This document shows, piece after piece, positions 52,242 through 64,000 of a DNA stretch of 64,000 nt. Position 1 is the stretch's first letter. Every line of letters starts with the position of its first letter. The position numbers were made by a program, and so were the translations under genes. The notes under the pieces were generated by a model that worked only from the letters and a program-made list of their open reading frames with translations, searched no databases and was not told the origin of the DNA. Source of the stretch: Neodothiora populina (taxonomy: Eukaryota); NCBI RefSeq assembly GCF_041146345.1, contig NW_027191413.1:1-64000 (forward strand), given 5' to 3'.

Positions 52242-53387
52242 CTACAGACTAGGTTTCGGTCCTTTATGCATCTGCTCGATCGCATGCTCGCTTGCACGTT
52301 TACTTTCCTGCCATGCGCTGTAGCGAGCGGTATACCATTGCTTCACTGACTGACTTCCGTTGTTGGATATGCATCTTGCAAGCTCGATAGCATCAATGAT
52401 GGCGGCATTCGCACCCTCGCCACCAAGGATTGGCTGAGCGCGAACGGAGTCACCAAGCATAACGATACCCTGCTCAGCAATCTCATGTAGGTGCTGTGGG
52501 CTGATACTTGTCGTTCGCATCAGCCATGACAAGACTCGCTCTTGTCGTATCCTGGTTGCATCAAAGACATCTTCAAACGGCGATGGCAACGACGACAGCT
52601 TACTTATTTCTTCGTAGAACTCGGATGGTATGGCAGTGGCTTCTGACAACTGCCTGTCAGGTCTGAAACAAGGGTCCGTGGTGCCATGCGCAGTGCGTGA
52701 GTAGATCCAGCTGATACGAACTTCGGTAGGGCTACTTTCGACCACCGACACATGCAGTAAAGCCCCATTGTGCCAGATCTCAATCATGTTGCTGTTCTTC
52801 ATCTCTGGGGCATACAATTGCTCGAAAGTCTCTCGGAGGACGGTCTTTCTACCGTTGAATGCAACAAACGGTAAGATCTGAGGACGGCAATCTGTTATCG
52901 TCGCGCTCCGTATGGATGAGTGAATTCCATCCGCACCGATGATGATTTCCTGCTCATGAGGTTGTTGACTAATTTGGAAGAAGCTGGGTCGTCCAACACT
53001 ATCGATGCCGACCTGCTCGATTTGATGTGCCCATTCGATGTCAAGTCCCTCTTGAAGTAGGCGTTCAAGCTTCCGTCTGTTGGCACGAAATGAACCAGGT
53101 TTTAGAGCTCTGGGATATGCTAGTAATGTAGGATCGATGAATCCTGCTCCACCTATGTCGCCATCTACTGCCACGCTAGCTTTGAACACTTTCTCCTCAA
53201 TACCGAGCTGTTCTAGAAGAGGGTGATAAGAGGCCGAGTGCAGAGTGATTCCATAGTTATTCCTCGGTGATGCACGATTGCGTTCGTATAGAACCGCGGG
53301 AATCCCCTGTTTCTTCAGAAGACGAGCCAAAGTAAGACCACCTAGGCCAGCACCGACAATGCTAACTGGCTTTTGTAGTGCAGCCAT
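52242..53387 (-). CDS. FAD-dependent monooxygenase (aromatic hydroxylase type), single exon
   Basis: IVGAGLGGL, IIGADGIHS and MLGDSVRAQPILGGEGANAAIIDA fingerprints. Confidence 0.88.
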   Translation of the reverse strand: MAALQKPVSIVGAGLGGLTLARLLKKQGIPAVLYERNRASPRNNYGITLHSASYHPLLEQLGIEEKVFKASVAVDGDIGGAGFIDPTLLAYPRALKPGSFRANRRKLERLLQEGLDIEWAHQIEQVGIDSVGRPSFFQISQQPHEQEIIIGADGIHSSIRSATITDCRPQILPFVAFNGRKTVLRETFEQLYAPEMKNSNMIEIWHNGALLHVSVVESSPTEVRISWIYSRTAHGTTDPCFRPDRQLSEATAIPSEFYEEISKLSSLPSPFEDVFDATRIRQERVLSWLMRTTSISPQHLHEIAEQGIVMLGDSVRAQPILGGEGANAAIIDAIELARCISNNGSQSVKQWYTARYSAWQESKRASEHAIEQMHKGPKPSL

Positions 53388-54996
53388 GACCTACGACAAG
53401 GTCACCACAATTTGGATGTACCAATGTTGATCCCATCGTGGACATTTGTTACAGCGGATTTGAGCCGTGGCGATTAAGGTTAATCTAATCTCCCGAGAGT
53501 CATGAGTACATGACTCAACCTGCGAGTGCCAAGCTTGATTTGTAGCACCCAGGCAAGGATGCAGTGAGGTAAGGTAGGGTACCTAGGTACCTACAGCTAG
53601 CAAACCCTACACGTCACCAAACAGTAATGGGAAGACCGGTGTTTCATAGGTGCTCAAGGTAGGCACAGTAGTCCCACGTTGTTCACCCTGTCTGCAGATG
53701 TACAAGACCGGTTTCAGGACTTCTTCTCAAATATTCGATACATCTTCTGGTGTCCGAGGTGCATACCTTCCATATCGAGGTTTACCGAAGTGGTTTGGTT
53801 GAGATAGCATCGTTGGCATCTTTGTGCAGTAGTCACTGCAAGCTCAAGACTTTCTTATATGCTTACCTCGATGCAATGCAGTATCATTAATTTACACCAT
53901 CGCATGGTGCTCGACTAGTAAAGACGCTCTTCTAAGGGCTAAGTGTCTGGTCTATACTAGGGTAAATCGTATTTGCATGTGAATTCTGCGTTGAGGCGTG
54001 TACTACTTGCAAAGGCCTCTGGCATTTATGCGATTCTGTCTTTGTACCATACATGGGCTCAATGCGCTGCTTCACGATACGAGATATATCGCGTGCATGC
54101 TATGCCACTAGGATATCAGCAAAGAAGAGACATGTGCGAAGTTCTATATTTCTCTATTAAACTAGTTCAACTGAACAGAGAATTCATTAAGAGCGTCTCG
54201 CAAGAGACGTTATAATGGATTGGGTGAAATAGGTTAGATATCGCTCGCATATTGGATCAGCATCTATATATCGAGTACAGTGCGTGTTTGTCCTTGACTT
54301 GAATTCGCTTCTGAGCTGGTTCTGGTGCTTGTATAGCTGAACCTGGTGACGAATGCTCGATAAACAAGAGGATGTCGCGTCGCGATCCCCACTTCCTTGT
54401 GACACCCTATCGTGCTGCAACTTGACTTACCTTCACTGAGGTATAAGGCATACACAAGCGACAGTAGCCCGAAACTCAATGCCTGTTGTACACGGTCGAG
54501 ACAGCACGCGCTTCGAGTCCAGCGGTTTGAGAGCCGACTATGACCTCATGCACCTAGCATGCCGTCATTCACGAGAAACATCCACCTTGATCGTGAGGCA
54601 CTACTCATTTGGGCAGCGCGCAGATCCCCGCACAGCCCTTAGCGAGAACTGGAAGTGTGGGGTAGCGCGTGTTTCCTCCATGCGCTACCCCACACTTCCC
54701 ACAATGAATCTCCGTGTTGCCCTGCGATTGCAGATCGCTTCACACATCGGCGACACCATACGGCTGCACAAATCGGTCCTTTTCCAATACAAATGACGCC
54801 GTTCGTATGGTACAGAGCACGAGAGGTGGTAGCGTACCTTGAATATGATCTCTGATCACATGGACAATGGCCAAAGTTGTCTCATATATGAACAACGCTC
54901 TACCTTGCTTTGTTCTTGAAGTTGTTCACCTTCGAAGACCTTGAATCCAATTATCTTGGAAGAGCTTGTTGTATCTTGACTTTTCGGCTGCTAAAG

Positions 54997-57043
54997 ATGC
55001 CCTACTTTGGACTGAAGGGCAATGCCCTCACTTTTTGGGTGACCGTAAGCGAATAGACGAGTACGCGATGGGCATGTCTCCCACTAACTTATGTCTTAAC
55101 ACAGATTGCTTGTGCGACTGATATGACCCTTTTTGGCTATGATCAAGGTCAGAATTGAGCAACTCGAGTGCGTTGTCGGCTCAAGCTCACATTAGCAGGT
55201 GTCTTCGGTGGAGTGGTCGTGACGGACGATTACTTGGAAACTCTCAATCTGGTCGGCCCGACAAAGACCAGTCTGAGCGGCACAGTGACCGCGATCTACG
55301 ACATCGGATGTTTTTTCGGGGCCATTGCAGCTGTGATAGTCGGCGATCGCCTTGGCAGGAAGAAAACCATCTTGGCAGGCACGACCATCATGAGCATTGG
55401 AGCGATCTTACAGATTGCAGCATATTCTGTTCCTCAGATGATAGTTGGACGGTAGGTCACTTCAGATTCATCTTGTAGCGCTCCTGCTGAGCCGACGTAG
55501 CATCGTAGCAGGCATAGGAAATGGCATGAACACGGCTACTGCACCTGTCTGGCAGGGAGAGTGCTCTAAAGCTTCATGGCGTGGAAAGCTTATTGTCATC
55601 GAGATGATCATGAACATTGCCGGGTTCTCCTTGTCTAATTGGGTCACCTACGGCTTCTCGTTCGTCGGTGGACCTGTCGCATGGCGAGTCCCTCTCGCCT
55701 TCCAATTTTTGTTCATCTTCATTCTTTTCGGCACGGTACCCTGGTTGCCAGAGTCCCCGAGATGGTTGATCGCAAAAGGAAGGATCGCAGAAGCGGAACA
55801 AATTCTCGCGGATCTTGAATCAACAGATCCAGACGATCCATACATCGTCTCTGAGAGCAAAGAGATCCAGTACGCCGTGACCTATGAGAGGGAAAACGCC
55901 ATACCTTGGAAGGACCTCCTGCGAGGCAAGACAGGCAAGGAAGGCGGTACCTGCACCATGCGACGTTTGTTCCTAGGAATGGGAACCCAAGCAATGCAAC
56001 AGCTTTCTGGAATCAACGTCAGTCGAGCATATTCTAAGCAATAGAGTTCGAAGAGCATTCCACTGACAACAGACAGGTGACCAGCTACTATCTCCCCACA
56101 GTTTTAATCGAGTCAGTGGGCCTGACCAACAATCTTGCTCGTCTACTAGCTGCATGCAATTCCGTCAGTTATCTGGCCTTCAGCCTGATCGGAATCCCCA
56201 ACGTTGAGCGCTGGGGACGTCGTAAGATGATGATGTATGCAGCAGCCGGACAATGCTTCTGTTATCTTATGATTACAGTCTTGATTCGATTCAACGAGCT
56301 CCCTGGGTACTCTGGTGCAAAAGAGGTCGCTAGTGCCTCTGTCGCGTTTTTCTTCCTCTACTATGTCTTCTTCGGAATTGGTTGGCAAGGTGTTCCATGG
56401 TGAGCATCCTGACGCATTCGCAACTCAACCTTCATCATAGCTTACTTACATTGAACAGGCTCTATCCCACAGAAATCAATTCCCTTTCTATGCGCACGAA
56501 GGGTGCCGCTCTCGGCACTGCCACCAACTGGATCTTCAACTTCATGGGTATGTTATCCAATTGTTCTCAATGGCCTTTATCTAATCTAACATGCACCAGT
56601 GGTCGAAATCACCCAAATTGGTATTCAGAATCTGCAGTGGAAGTTCTACATCATTTGGACTCTACTCAACGGCGCTTTTGTTCCGATCGTGTACTTGTTC
56701 TACGTAAGACAATCCTACTATCAACGGTTTCCAAACAAGCTGTATACTGACAACTCACTAGCCCGAGACGGCAGACCGCACCCTCGAAGATCTGGACCGC
56801 TACTTCCGCGAGAACCACAATGTCATCGTCTGCTTCGACAAGGAAGCCATATCCTCTAAGAGGCCATTGGCCTACATTGAGCACGAAGAGACCGAGATTC
56901 GTCGCCAAAGCTCGATCACTGGTGCCGGTGCCAATCAAGCTGCTGCGATGTACAGAATGGGACAGCTGGACAAGGCCAGAGGGAACTCGGTTGGTGGAGC
57001 AAGCGTGCACCAAGAATTCAAGGAGAAGGATGACACATTATAA
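54997..57043 (+). CDS. MFS sugar/polyol porter (STL1-like)
   Basis: Spliced MPYFGLKG..LFGYDQG, GRKK, APVWQGEC, PESPRWL, QQLSGIN, LYPTEI and YPET; stop TAA at 57041-57043. Confidence 0.9.
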
Positions 57044-57342
57044 GTAAGCCAAAGTGACTGAACGATGGGACCGTACAGAAAGACTCTATTACACAGCCAT
57101 GATCTTCACGTCGTGTTAATTGTTTGTCATTGTAAATAAATTCGTCTTGAAAGTCATACTTTCCGATAATTATTGCCAGCAGTGCAAAGGCTATGCATAT
57201 GCTGTTGGTCCCATGTCAATGCTATCATTCTGTACCTCCTAGATTATGTTTGCACACTGAGACCGCTCAAATGTAACGATGCGACAAGCGACTGGGAAAT
57301 GGTCCAATCTAAACTAGGAAGTGGTTGTATTATTGTCATTGC

Positions 57343-59288
57343 TCATACTTCTATTCCAATCCCACCAGCAGATTCGTATCCACTGTCGGAGCCCGTCTCC
57401 CGCAAGACTTTCTTCAAGATCTTCCCGCTGGCCGACTTGGGGATGCTATCACAAAATCGGATCTGGCAATCCATAATTTTGTATTTCGCCAGATATTGCG
57501 AAGCAAAGGACAGGATCTCTCGCTCCGAAACACTACTCTCGCTTACTCGTACCAGGTAGGCACGCGGGACCTCCGTCGCGTCTATAGGGTGTGACACGCC
57601 AATGACAGCTGCGTCGACGATGTCTTTGTGCATCATATAACAACTTTCGAGCTCCGCAGGGGCGACTTGCCAGCCCCGAACTTTGATCAATTCCTGACCG
57701 GGTTAGTAAATGGCGAAATCATCGCGAGCCAGAAATGGCGTGACTTACTTTCTTCCTATCGAGGATATACAGCTTGCCGGCATCATTGATGTAACCAACA
57801 TCTCCTGTTCGAAGCCAGCCGTCCTGATCAAAGGCTTCTTGTGTGGCTTTGACGTTGTTCAGATATCCAGACATGGTGCATGAGCCGCGGAACAGCACTT
57901 CACCGACCACGTGCTGGCTTACGACGCAGTCCGAGTCTGAATGCTTGATTCTGGAAATATGATGTCAGAACAGTGGCGCAATATCCAGATCGAAACATAT
58001 TGACATACTTGACCTCGTAGTTACCAATCGGTCGGCCGACAGACCCAGTACGATCGCCTTCAGGGTACAGGAACGTAGTCATCCAGCCTCCCTCAGTCAT
58101 ACCGTAGACCTGGCAAATCCGTGCGCTACCTGCAAGCATCTGTAAAGCAGAGTTCTGTGTCGCTTCTGATAAAGGCGCACCCTTGAATCTGTCAGTTGGG
58201 TTGAAACAATCATTCAGAAAAAGGACGACGTACTCCACACCACACCAATTCGATGGACTTGAGCATTGCTCGTTCATCTGGCTGCATTGCCAGAAATCGT
58301 ACTATCAGAGGAGGAGGCATTGCAGTCTCCGTGATCTTGAACCTCGCGATAGCGGCAAGGAAATCTTGTTGCTTGAATCTGGTCATCACATATGTTGGGT
58401 GTCCAGAGCGAAGCGCACTGATCAGAGCCAATGGGGCAGCGAAGGCGTGGAAGAACGGTACACATAGCAGTCTGCGGGCCTGAATTGGATTAGCAAGACC
58501 CTCATCAAGAGTTCTAATCAAGGACTGACTTCGTAGGGCTTCTCGAGCTCATCCTCGATTGCTTGGTTCTCGGCAACCCAACTCAGGTGTGATCGTATGG
58601 CCATCTTCGGCAAGCCGGTGGTGCCACTTGTCGAGAGTAGAGCTGCTGCAGTAGACGACGCGGTGTCATAGTCATCAAATCGTTGCCAATCTTCGCCTCG
58701 GCCGTCCATCAAAGCATGCATAGATGTGGCTCCGTGTGCAGTGCATGTTGAAGGTTCGTCCAAGACGATGATGTTTGCAGGTGGCACATTGGACATCTGG
58801 GCAGCCACGCGGACTGTCTCGAGTTGAGCTTGACATGTAATGACCACCCGCGTTTGAGAGATCCTGAAATGATGTGCAAGCTCTGTAGCCGTATATGAAG
58901 GATTGGAGCCAGTGAAGCGACCACCAGCACCAATGATTCCGAGAAAGATCAATGGATATTTTACCTGTCTTTCGTGTAAGTTTCATTCCCTATCACTTCC
59001 TTCGTCAACGACCTACGCTGTTGAAAGCATGCACACATATAGTGTCACCTCTCGTGATAGTATGACGTCGTAATCCGCCGACCAGCTTCCGTACATACCG
59101 GCGAGCTTGGTTCAATGTGATGGATTGGAGCGGGTTCAAGGCATCGATTAAGACCTGCACGAGGTTAGCGGACACGGCGTGCACATTGGCCTCCTCGTGT
59201 TCAAACGCACCTCTTTATCAGGATGGTAATCATCATGTTCAAGGACGAAGGTGACAAGATCTTTGTAACAGGGAGCGATGGGGGACAT
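57343..59288 (-). CDS. afeA: Adenylate-forming enzyme, 4-coumarate-CoA-ligase-like (AfeA-like)
   Basis: TSGTTGLPK, PFFHAF, VYGMTE, GWLRTGD, IKVRGWQVAPAELE and PKSASGKIL; many introns. The symbol rests on the divergent position next to a tmpA-like gene. Confidence 0.8.
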
Positions 59289-60918
59289 GTTGGAGGTGGC
59301 TCAGAGAATGTGAAAATGCTGCAAGCAATGTGAAATTTCCAAAGCTTCGCTCTCGCTACATATATTCTTGTTCGAACACATCCTCCTCACTTGCACCGGC
59401 GGCTATCATGGACTATCATAGACTACTATCAGGTAAACTGGAGTTATAACACGACCATATTATTAGGGCTGCGCCAAAAGTGGTAGTATGGGGTTAGTGC
59501 CCAGGATTAGCGACCGCTATGGTCCGGCCCGTTGGGGCGGGCGAGGCGGCGAGCGGCAGCTCGTTGCCAACCGGGTTCGCGGGTCCAGATAACGTTGCAT
59601 GAACGTTTTGCTCACATCAGCCCAGCAGCGGATTTCTGCCTCCTTATCGGAACGAGTCGTCAACGCCACACAACTCCAGGGTAATTATGAAGAAGGATCA
59701 ACACTGACTAGATCCTCCGAGCCGAGTTGCTGGCTCGTCCCTATATTGTCGTTGCAACAATCAGGACTCGTCATCCGCGCCTGTATACGATATACTTGTA
59801 CCTTAGCTAGCCATGTTGATCACCAGATCTTGATCGTAATTGCGCAAACATTGGTGGCAATCCTTGCTGGAATGACGCTGCGTCACTTGTATGGGATTTA
59901 GGGTGCGATGATCGCTACTCGATCCTCTTGATAGAGAGATGCGCGGTAGGATCACCAACATCTATCCAAGTTGTGGTGAGGCTAGATGCTGGCCAAATGC
60001 ACGTCCCCGAGGCTGGAGCGCCAAACGTCAGCGCCCGAATGACACAAATTCCACAGTCTCGGCATTTCCGCCAAGTTTACCGATCGCATAATGCAGCTGC
60101 AAGATTTGAGCACAACACTGTTTATCTGTCGCACCCGAAATTAGAACTGTCACAACCCGGTTTCCAGAATCTATTTGCGAGATGCTTGGGTTAGTGCGTG
60201 CAGAATCTGGAATAGTTCCTGTTGGTGTCCTGCACTTCGCCGCTTGCGGAATCCTTGGCTGCATATGGCAGTGTCAGATGGCTTGTAGAAAATCGAGAAA
60301 CGCCACTGGGGTGGTGTGAAGTGCCTGTCTCCTGTTCCCCGTTTCCAAACTAAGTATCCGAGATATGCGGATGCGTTGTCCGTAGGAACGGGCGGCGCCA
60401 CATCTCCCAGGGTTAAGGGTGCGGATCGACTTACTGCCAGGGTGTGTTGTTGATGGAAGCGTACAAGCCATGCCAACGGTAGTATCGCAATGGAGGAGAT
60501 CACTCCCCTTTCCTGTCGTCGTGTGCTCATGCACTTAGTCCATTTACGAAGGCAGCGTAGACCACATAGGTTCCAATAGTTCTGTCATCGGTGGAACGTA
60601 TCTCGGCAAAATCTCTTGAACTTGAGGTCGTAGTGGCTTCAACTAAAGAGGATCCGGTCTGGTTTGATACATCACATTTGTGACGCCTCCCGTGTCAGAC
60701 AGGGTGTAGATGCACGGTTACCGACTTTTGATGCCTAAGTTGAAGCAGTTAAAGGAACAATCAAAGTTTATCACCATGATGGCAGAAGCAAGTGCCGTAT
60801 ATAACTCTGGCATTCTTCTTCTCCCGGTTCCGAGGTGTGTTTTGTCAACGGCGCATTTTCTTTGTCAACTCTGTTAAGAGGAACTCTGTTTGCGAAAGTC
60901 ATCTTGTAAGACCATACA

Positions 60919-62499
60919 ATGGAGAATACCGTCACATCTCTTGCACCTGTGCCGTCGGCACGGCTTGCGGATACGCAGCCGTCTGCGACCCGTCGAGATT
61001 CCTTGATCCGTTCTACCTCTTCGTCGTCCTCCGGGACCCATTCCGAATTGGTGCTCAGCGAAAAACATATGAAGCCATCAGATATACATCAAATCAAGAT
61101 CACCGAAGACAGCACTTCCGAAAGAGATATCACGGCTTCGAAAGAGGCACTAGAGGCTTTGGAGGACGCGCATCCTCTGCCATGCAAGACCAGTCCTCGC
61201 ATGATACGATGCCTCAGATGGGGCGTCTTCTCTGTATACCGCAGATTGTTCACACTTGTATTCACACTCAACCTCGTCGCCTGCATCCTTGTCTTGGTTC
61301 AACTGCGGCATCAGGGATCAAGCATCGCGACTTATACCAACGCTTCAACGGCTGCTGGGGCCAACATCTGTGTTGCAGTCCTCATGCGCAATGAGCATGT
61401 CGTCAACGTCTTGTTTCGCATCGTGTGCTGCGTGCCTCACTCTGCTCCTCTGTGGTTTCGGCGGCGATTGGCCAAAGTCTACAGCTACGGCGGGGTCCAT
61501 TCTGGCTGTGGTGTGGCGGCAACGTTCTGGTACATTGCATACTGCGGTCTCATGATACACAACTTCACGCGTGGCGGAAGTGTGGACATTGGACTGGTGG
61601 TGACGACAGGAGTTGTACTCTTCTTGTTGGTACTTATTCTGGTCTTCGCCCACCCTTATCTGCGTATGCGTTTCCACGACCACTTTGAGAGGATACATCG
61701 CTTCGCTGGATGGACAGCCGTCGCTGCCTTGTGGGCACAGGCAATGCTATCTGTCAGCAGCAAAAGCCAATTGGATGGAGTGTCTTTTGGACATGCACTG
61801 ATCAGAATTCCCAACTTCTGGTTTCTGATCGTGATCACCTGCTGCCTGGTCTATCCTTGGGCCCGTCTCAGGCGCCGCAGTGTAGAGGCAGAGCCACTAT
61901 CCAAACACGCCATCAGGCTGCACTTCGACTACAGAGAGATGGAATCGTGCGCAGGCGTACGTTTCACTGACTCGGCATTGAAAGAGACGCATGCGTTCGC
62001 TACGATTCCAAATACCGCTCATGAGAAGAGAGGCCACTCTATAGTCATCGCCAACGCAGGCGATTGGACGAACAAGATCATACAGAACCCACCCAAGCAA
62101 ATTTGGACGCGTGGAGCTCCGACGCTAGGTGTCATGAGAGTAGCATTATGCTTCAAGAAGGTCCTGGTGATCGGTACAGGGTCAGGTATCGGGCCTTGTT
62201 TGTCCTTCTTACAGAGCAATCCGGGATATCCCGTTCAAGTGATTTGGTCTGCGCCCAATCCGGTGCAGAACTATGGACCCAAAATCATGGATGCAGTGCT
62301 CCGAGCCGATTCAAAAGCGGTCATTGTGGATACGAAAAGGACTGGAAGAGGAAACCTACTCGCACTGGCATACGCGTTATTCCAGGAGTCGGGGGCAGAG
62401 GCAACGGTCATCATCTCCAATCCTGCCGTCACCAGGAAGGTGGTGTATGGGCTCGAGAATCGGGGGGTGCCGGCCTTTGGGGCGATTTTCGATTCATAG
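60919..62499 (+). CDS. tmpA: Membrane flavoprotein/oxidoreductase (TmpA-like; ferric-reductase-type TM plus FAD/NAD module)
   Basis: 526 aa single exon with several TM helices, YGGVHSG, HDHFERIHRFAGW, ETHAFATI, AGDWT, GTGSGIGP and terminal GAIFDS. Confidence 0.8.
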   Translation: MENTVTSLAPVPSARLADTQPSATRRDSLIRSTSSSSSGTHSELVLSEKHMKPSDIHQIKITEDSTSERDITASKEALEALEDAHPLPCKTSPRMIRCLRWGVFSVYRRLFTLVFTLNLVACILVLVQLRHQGSSIATYTNASTAAGANICVAVLMRNEHVVNVLFRIVCCVPHSAPLWFRRRLAKVYSYGGVHSGCGVAATFWYIAYCGLMIHNFTRGGSVDIGLVVTTGVVLFLLVLILVFAHPYLRMRFHDHFERIHRFAGWTAVAALWAQAMLSVSSKSQLDGVSFGHALIRIPNFWFLIVITCCLVYPWARLRRRSVEAEPLSKHAIRLHFDYREMESCAGVRFTDSALKETHAFATIPNTAHEKRGHSIVIANAGDWTNKIIQNPPKQIWTRGAPTLGVMRVALCFKKVLVIGTGSGIGPCLSFLQSNPGYPVQVIWSAPNPVQNYGPKIMDAVLRADSKAVIVDTKRTGRGNLLALAYALFQESGAEATVIISNPAVTRKVVYGLENRGVPAFGAIFDS

Positions 62500-63294
62500 A
62501 CGATGCATAGATTAGAGCAATTAATTAGTTTGAGATGTTAGTAGAATCAAATCTGGGTCCCGGCGATCCAAACAAGCACATCGATCTCAGCCCAGGAAAC
62601 TGGTCACTTTTTTTCCCTTCTCCAGTGTCGATCAGAAGATTCTTTCCTTCGCAGCAGGTAAACACGACGCTTTGGGCGACTGCATCCTTGGCCAAAGACG
62701 GCTGTTAGTGGCGTGTTACGTTTTGGGTTAAGTGATCAAGCATCCTGCAGACGGGGAGCGCATTCCGGACAACGTCGAGTGGACCTGTACTTGTATGTCA
62801 AATACTGTGCCGGGACAGCGGCAGAAGTACGATTTAGCGCGCGTCGTGCACTGTCGGTATCTGACTTTTTGGGAAGGTTGGTCCCGGCTGTCCGGTCCGT
62901 TGCGGGGCACCCTTGACAGGTTCAGGAGTGCCTTGCCTTAGCGCGTGATTAGGGTATGCTCCTACCCGTTTCCATCCTGTTTCTTCATTTCCCGCATTTC
63001 CAATTGTTGACGACACGGACAGTGGCGTTATCTATGAGTTCGATCGTTGTATGTTCGTTTGATCAGCAACAGTCTTACTGCTGTCGTAATCGCGCATGAC
63101 TGTTTGTGGCGATTTGCCGCAGCAGATGAGCAACTGCATGACTGTTTCGAGCATTGTTCACAGGGGGAAAATTTCAAATACCCCCCGTCGGGGGTTGGGT
63201 TCGCCCACTCACACCATGACATGAACAGCTGATAGTCTTTCGCGTCAGATTCTGTAACAAAACGCTTGCTGTACCCGGTCAACAAGCTGTAAAC

Positions 63295-63757
63295 ATGTCA
63301 AATACTTCCGGTGTAGAGCAGGTAAGCTGTGGATGAGATCCTCGCACAAATATGTCGCGAAGACGGTGATTCGAGTCTGGGAAGTTGAGTGTTCGTTTTT
63401 CGTCCAATTTCGCTTTCCTATGATCATCAGATAAGACCAAATCATACTCCTGACTAGCTTGGTTGTGATAGTTTCTTTGTCCATCAGTTCGACATGCCTC
63501 ACGCTGTCCATATCTCCCACTCGAAGACCACCGGCTGTTCTTCATTCTCATTTGACAGTCTGAAGAATGCCGGGCTGAGCGACACACAGAGACGCCTGGA
63601 ATGCCTTGCCTCGATAGAGTCCTGGAGCCAAGGGGTGCCGCATCAGAGTGCTGCCAAGGCAGACGACACACGGGACCCTAATGTGCAGGCATACATGGAA
63701 ACCAAAATGGCGTTGTTTGGACGGGCGTCCAACTTCACACCCACCGGATCATCCTGA
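63295..63757 (+). CDS. Possible small orphan protein (2 exons, ~98 aa)
   Basis: ATG..GAGCAG|GTAAGC intron 63322-63487 (CTGAC branch, CATCAG acceptor) joins in frame to ORF 63494-63757. Confidence 0.35.
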
Positions 63758-64000
63758 TGCCTTTTTCTTCTCTCCTATCTTCAGTTCTCTAGTTGCCTGG
63801 CATCGGATCCTTTTTTTTTGTTTCGGAGAAGTGCTGCCCAAGAGGAACCGTCCAGGTTTTGGCTGACCGCGACCACCATCTGTCCTGCTGCAGGTCATCC
63901 GGCTAGCACACGGCAAGGATCCTCCTTCATGGGGTCGCAACGAAAAGAAATAGCCACAAAACTCCCTGAAAATGAATGAAAGATTCAGCCCCATCCATCC

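Noticed and set aside
53578..53591. Perfect palindrome GGTACCTAGGTACC
   Set aside because: TAGGTA/TACCTA-type low-complexity motifs are common in fungal intergenic DNA, and there is no further support.
1..64000. Whole window as a Starship giant transposon or a canonical PKS/NRPS cluster
   Set aside because: No DUF3435 tyrosine recombinase, element boundary or backbone synthase is visible here. A larger element extending beyond the window cannot be excluded.

Overview
Eukaryotic, intron-rich DNA from a filamentous ascomycete. Short GT-AG introns with CTRAC branch sites are visible; a Dothideomycete-like origin is my inference only. The window looks like an accessory or plastic region rather than core genome. 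Apparently intact genes: three paralogous secreted Cys-domain (PAN/Apple-like) proteins, three secreted type-B carboxylesterases, an UNC-93-like MFS transporter paired head-to-head with a beta-lactamase-fold serine hydrolase, an orphan coiled-coil gene, a small Gly-rich hydrophilin, an Mx/dynamin-like GTPase, two STL1-like sugar/polyol transporters around an FAD monooxygenase, and a divergent afeA/tmpA-like pair (adenylate-forming enzyme plus membrane flavoprotein). Many other genes are decayed: a divergent GUT2/GUT1 glycerol-catabolism pair, a cryptic Zn2Cys6 factor, and an ~11 kb block (38.3-49.4 kb) in which seven consecutive recognisable genes each carry an inactivating lesion. I found no rRNA, tRNA, CRISPR array or intact transposase. 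Exon boundaries and family calls were made by eye from motifs and are not database-verified.
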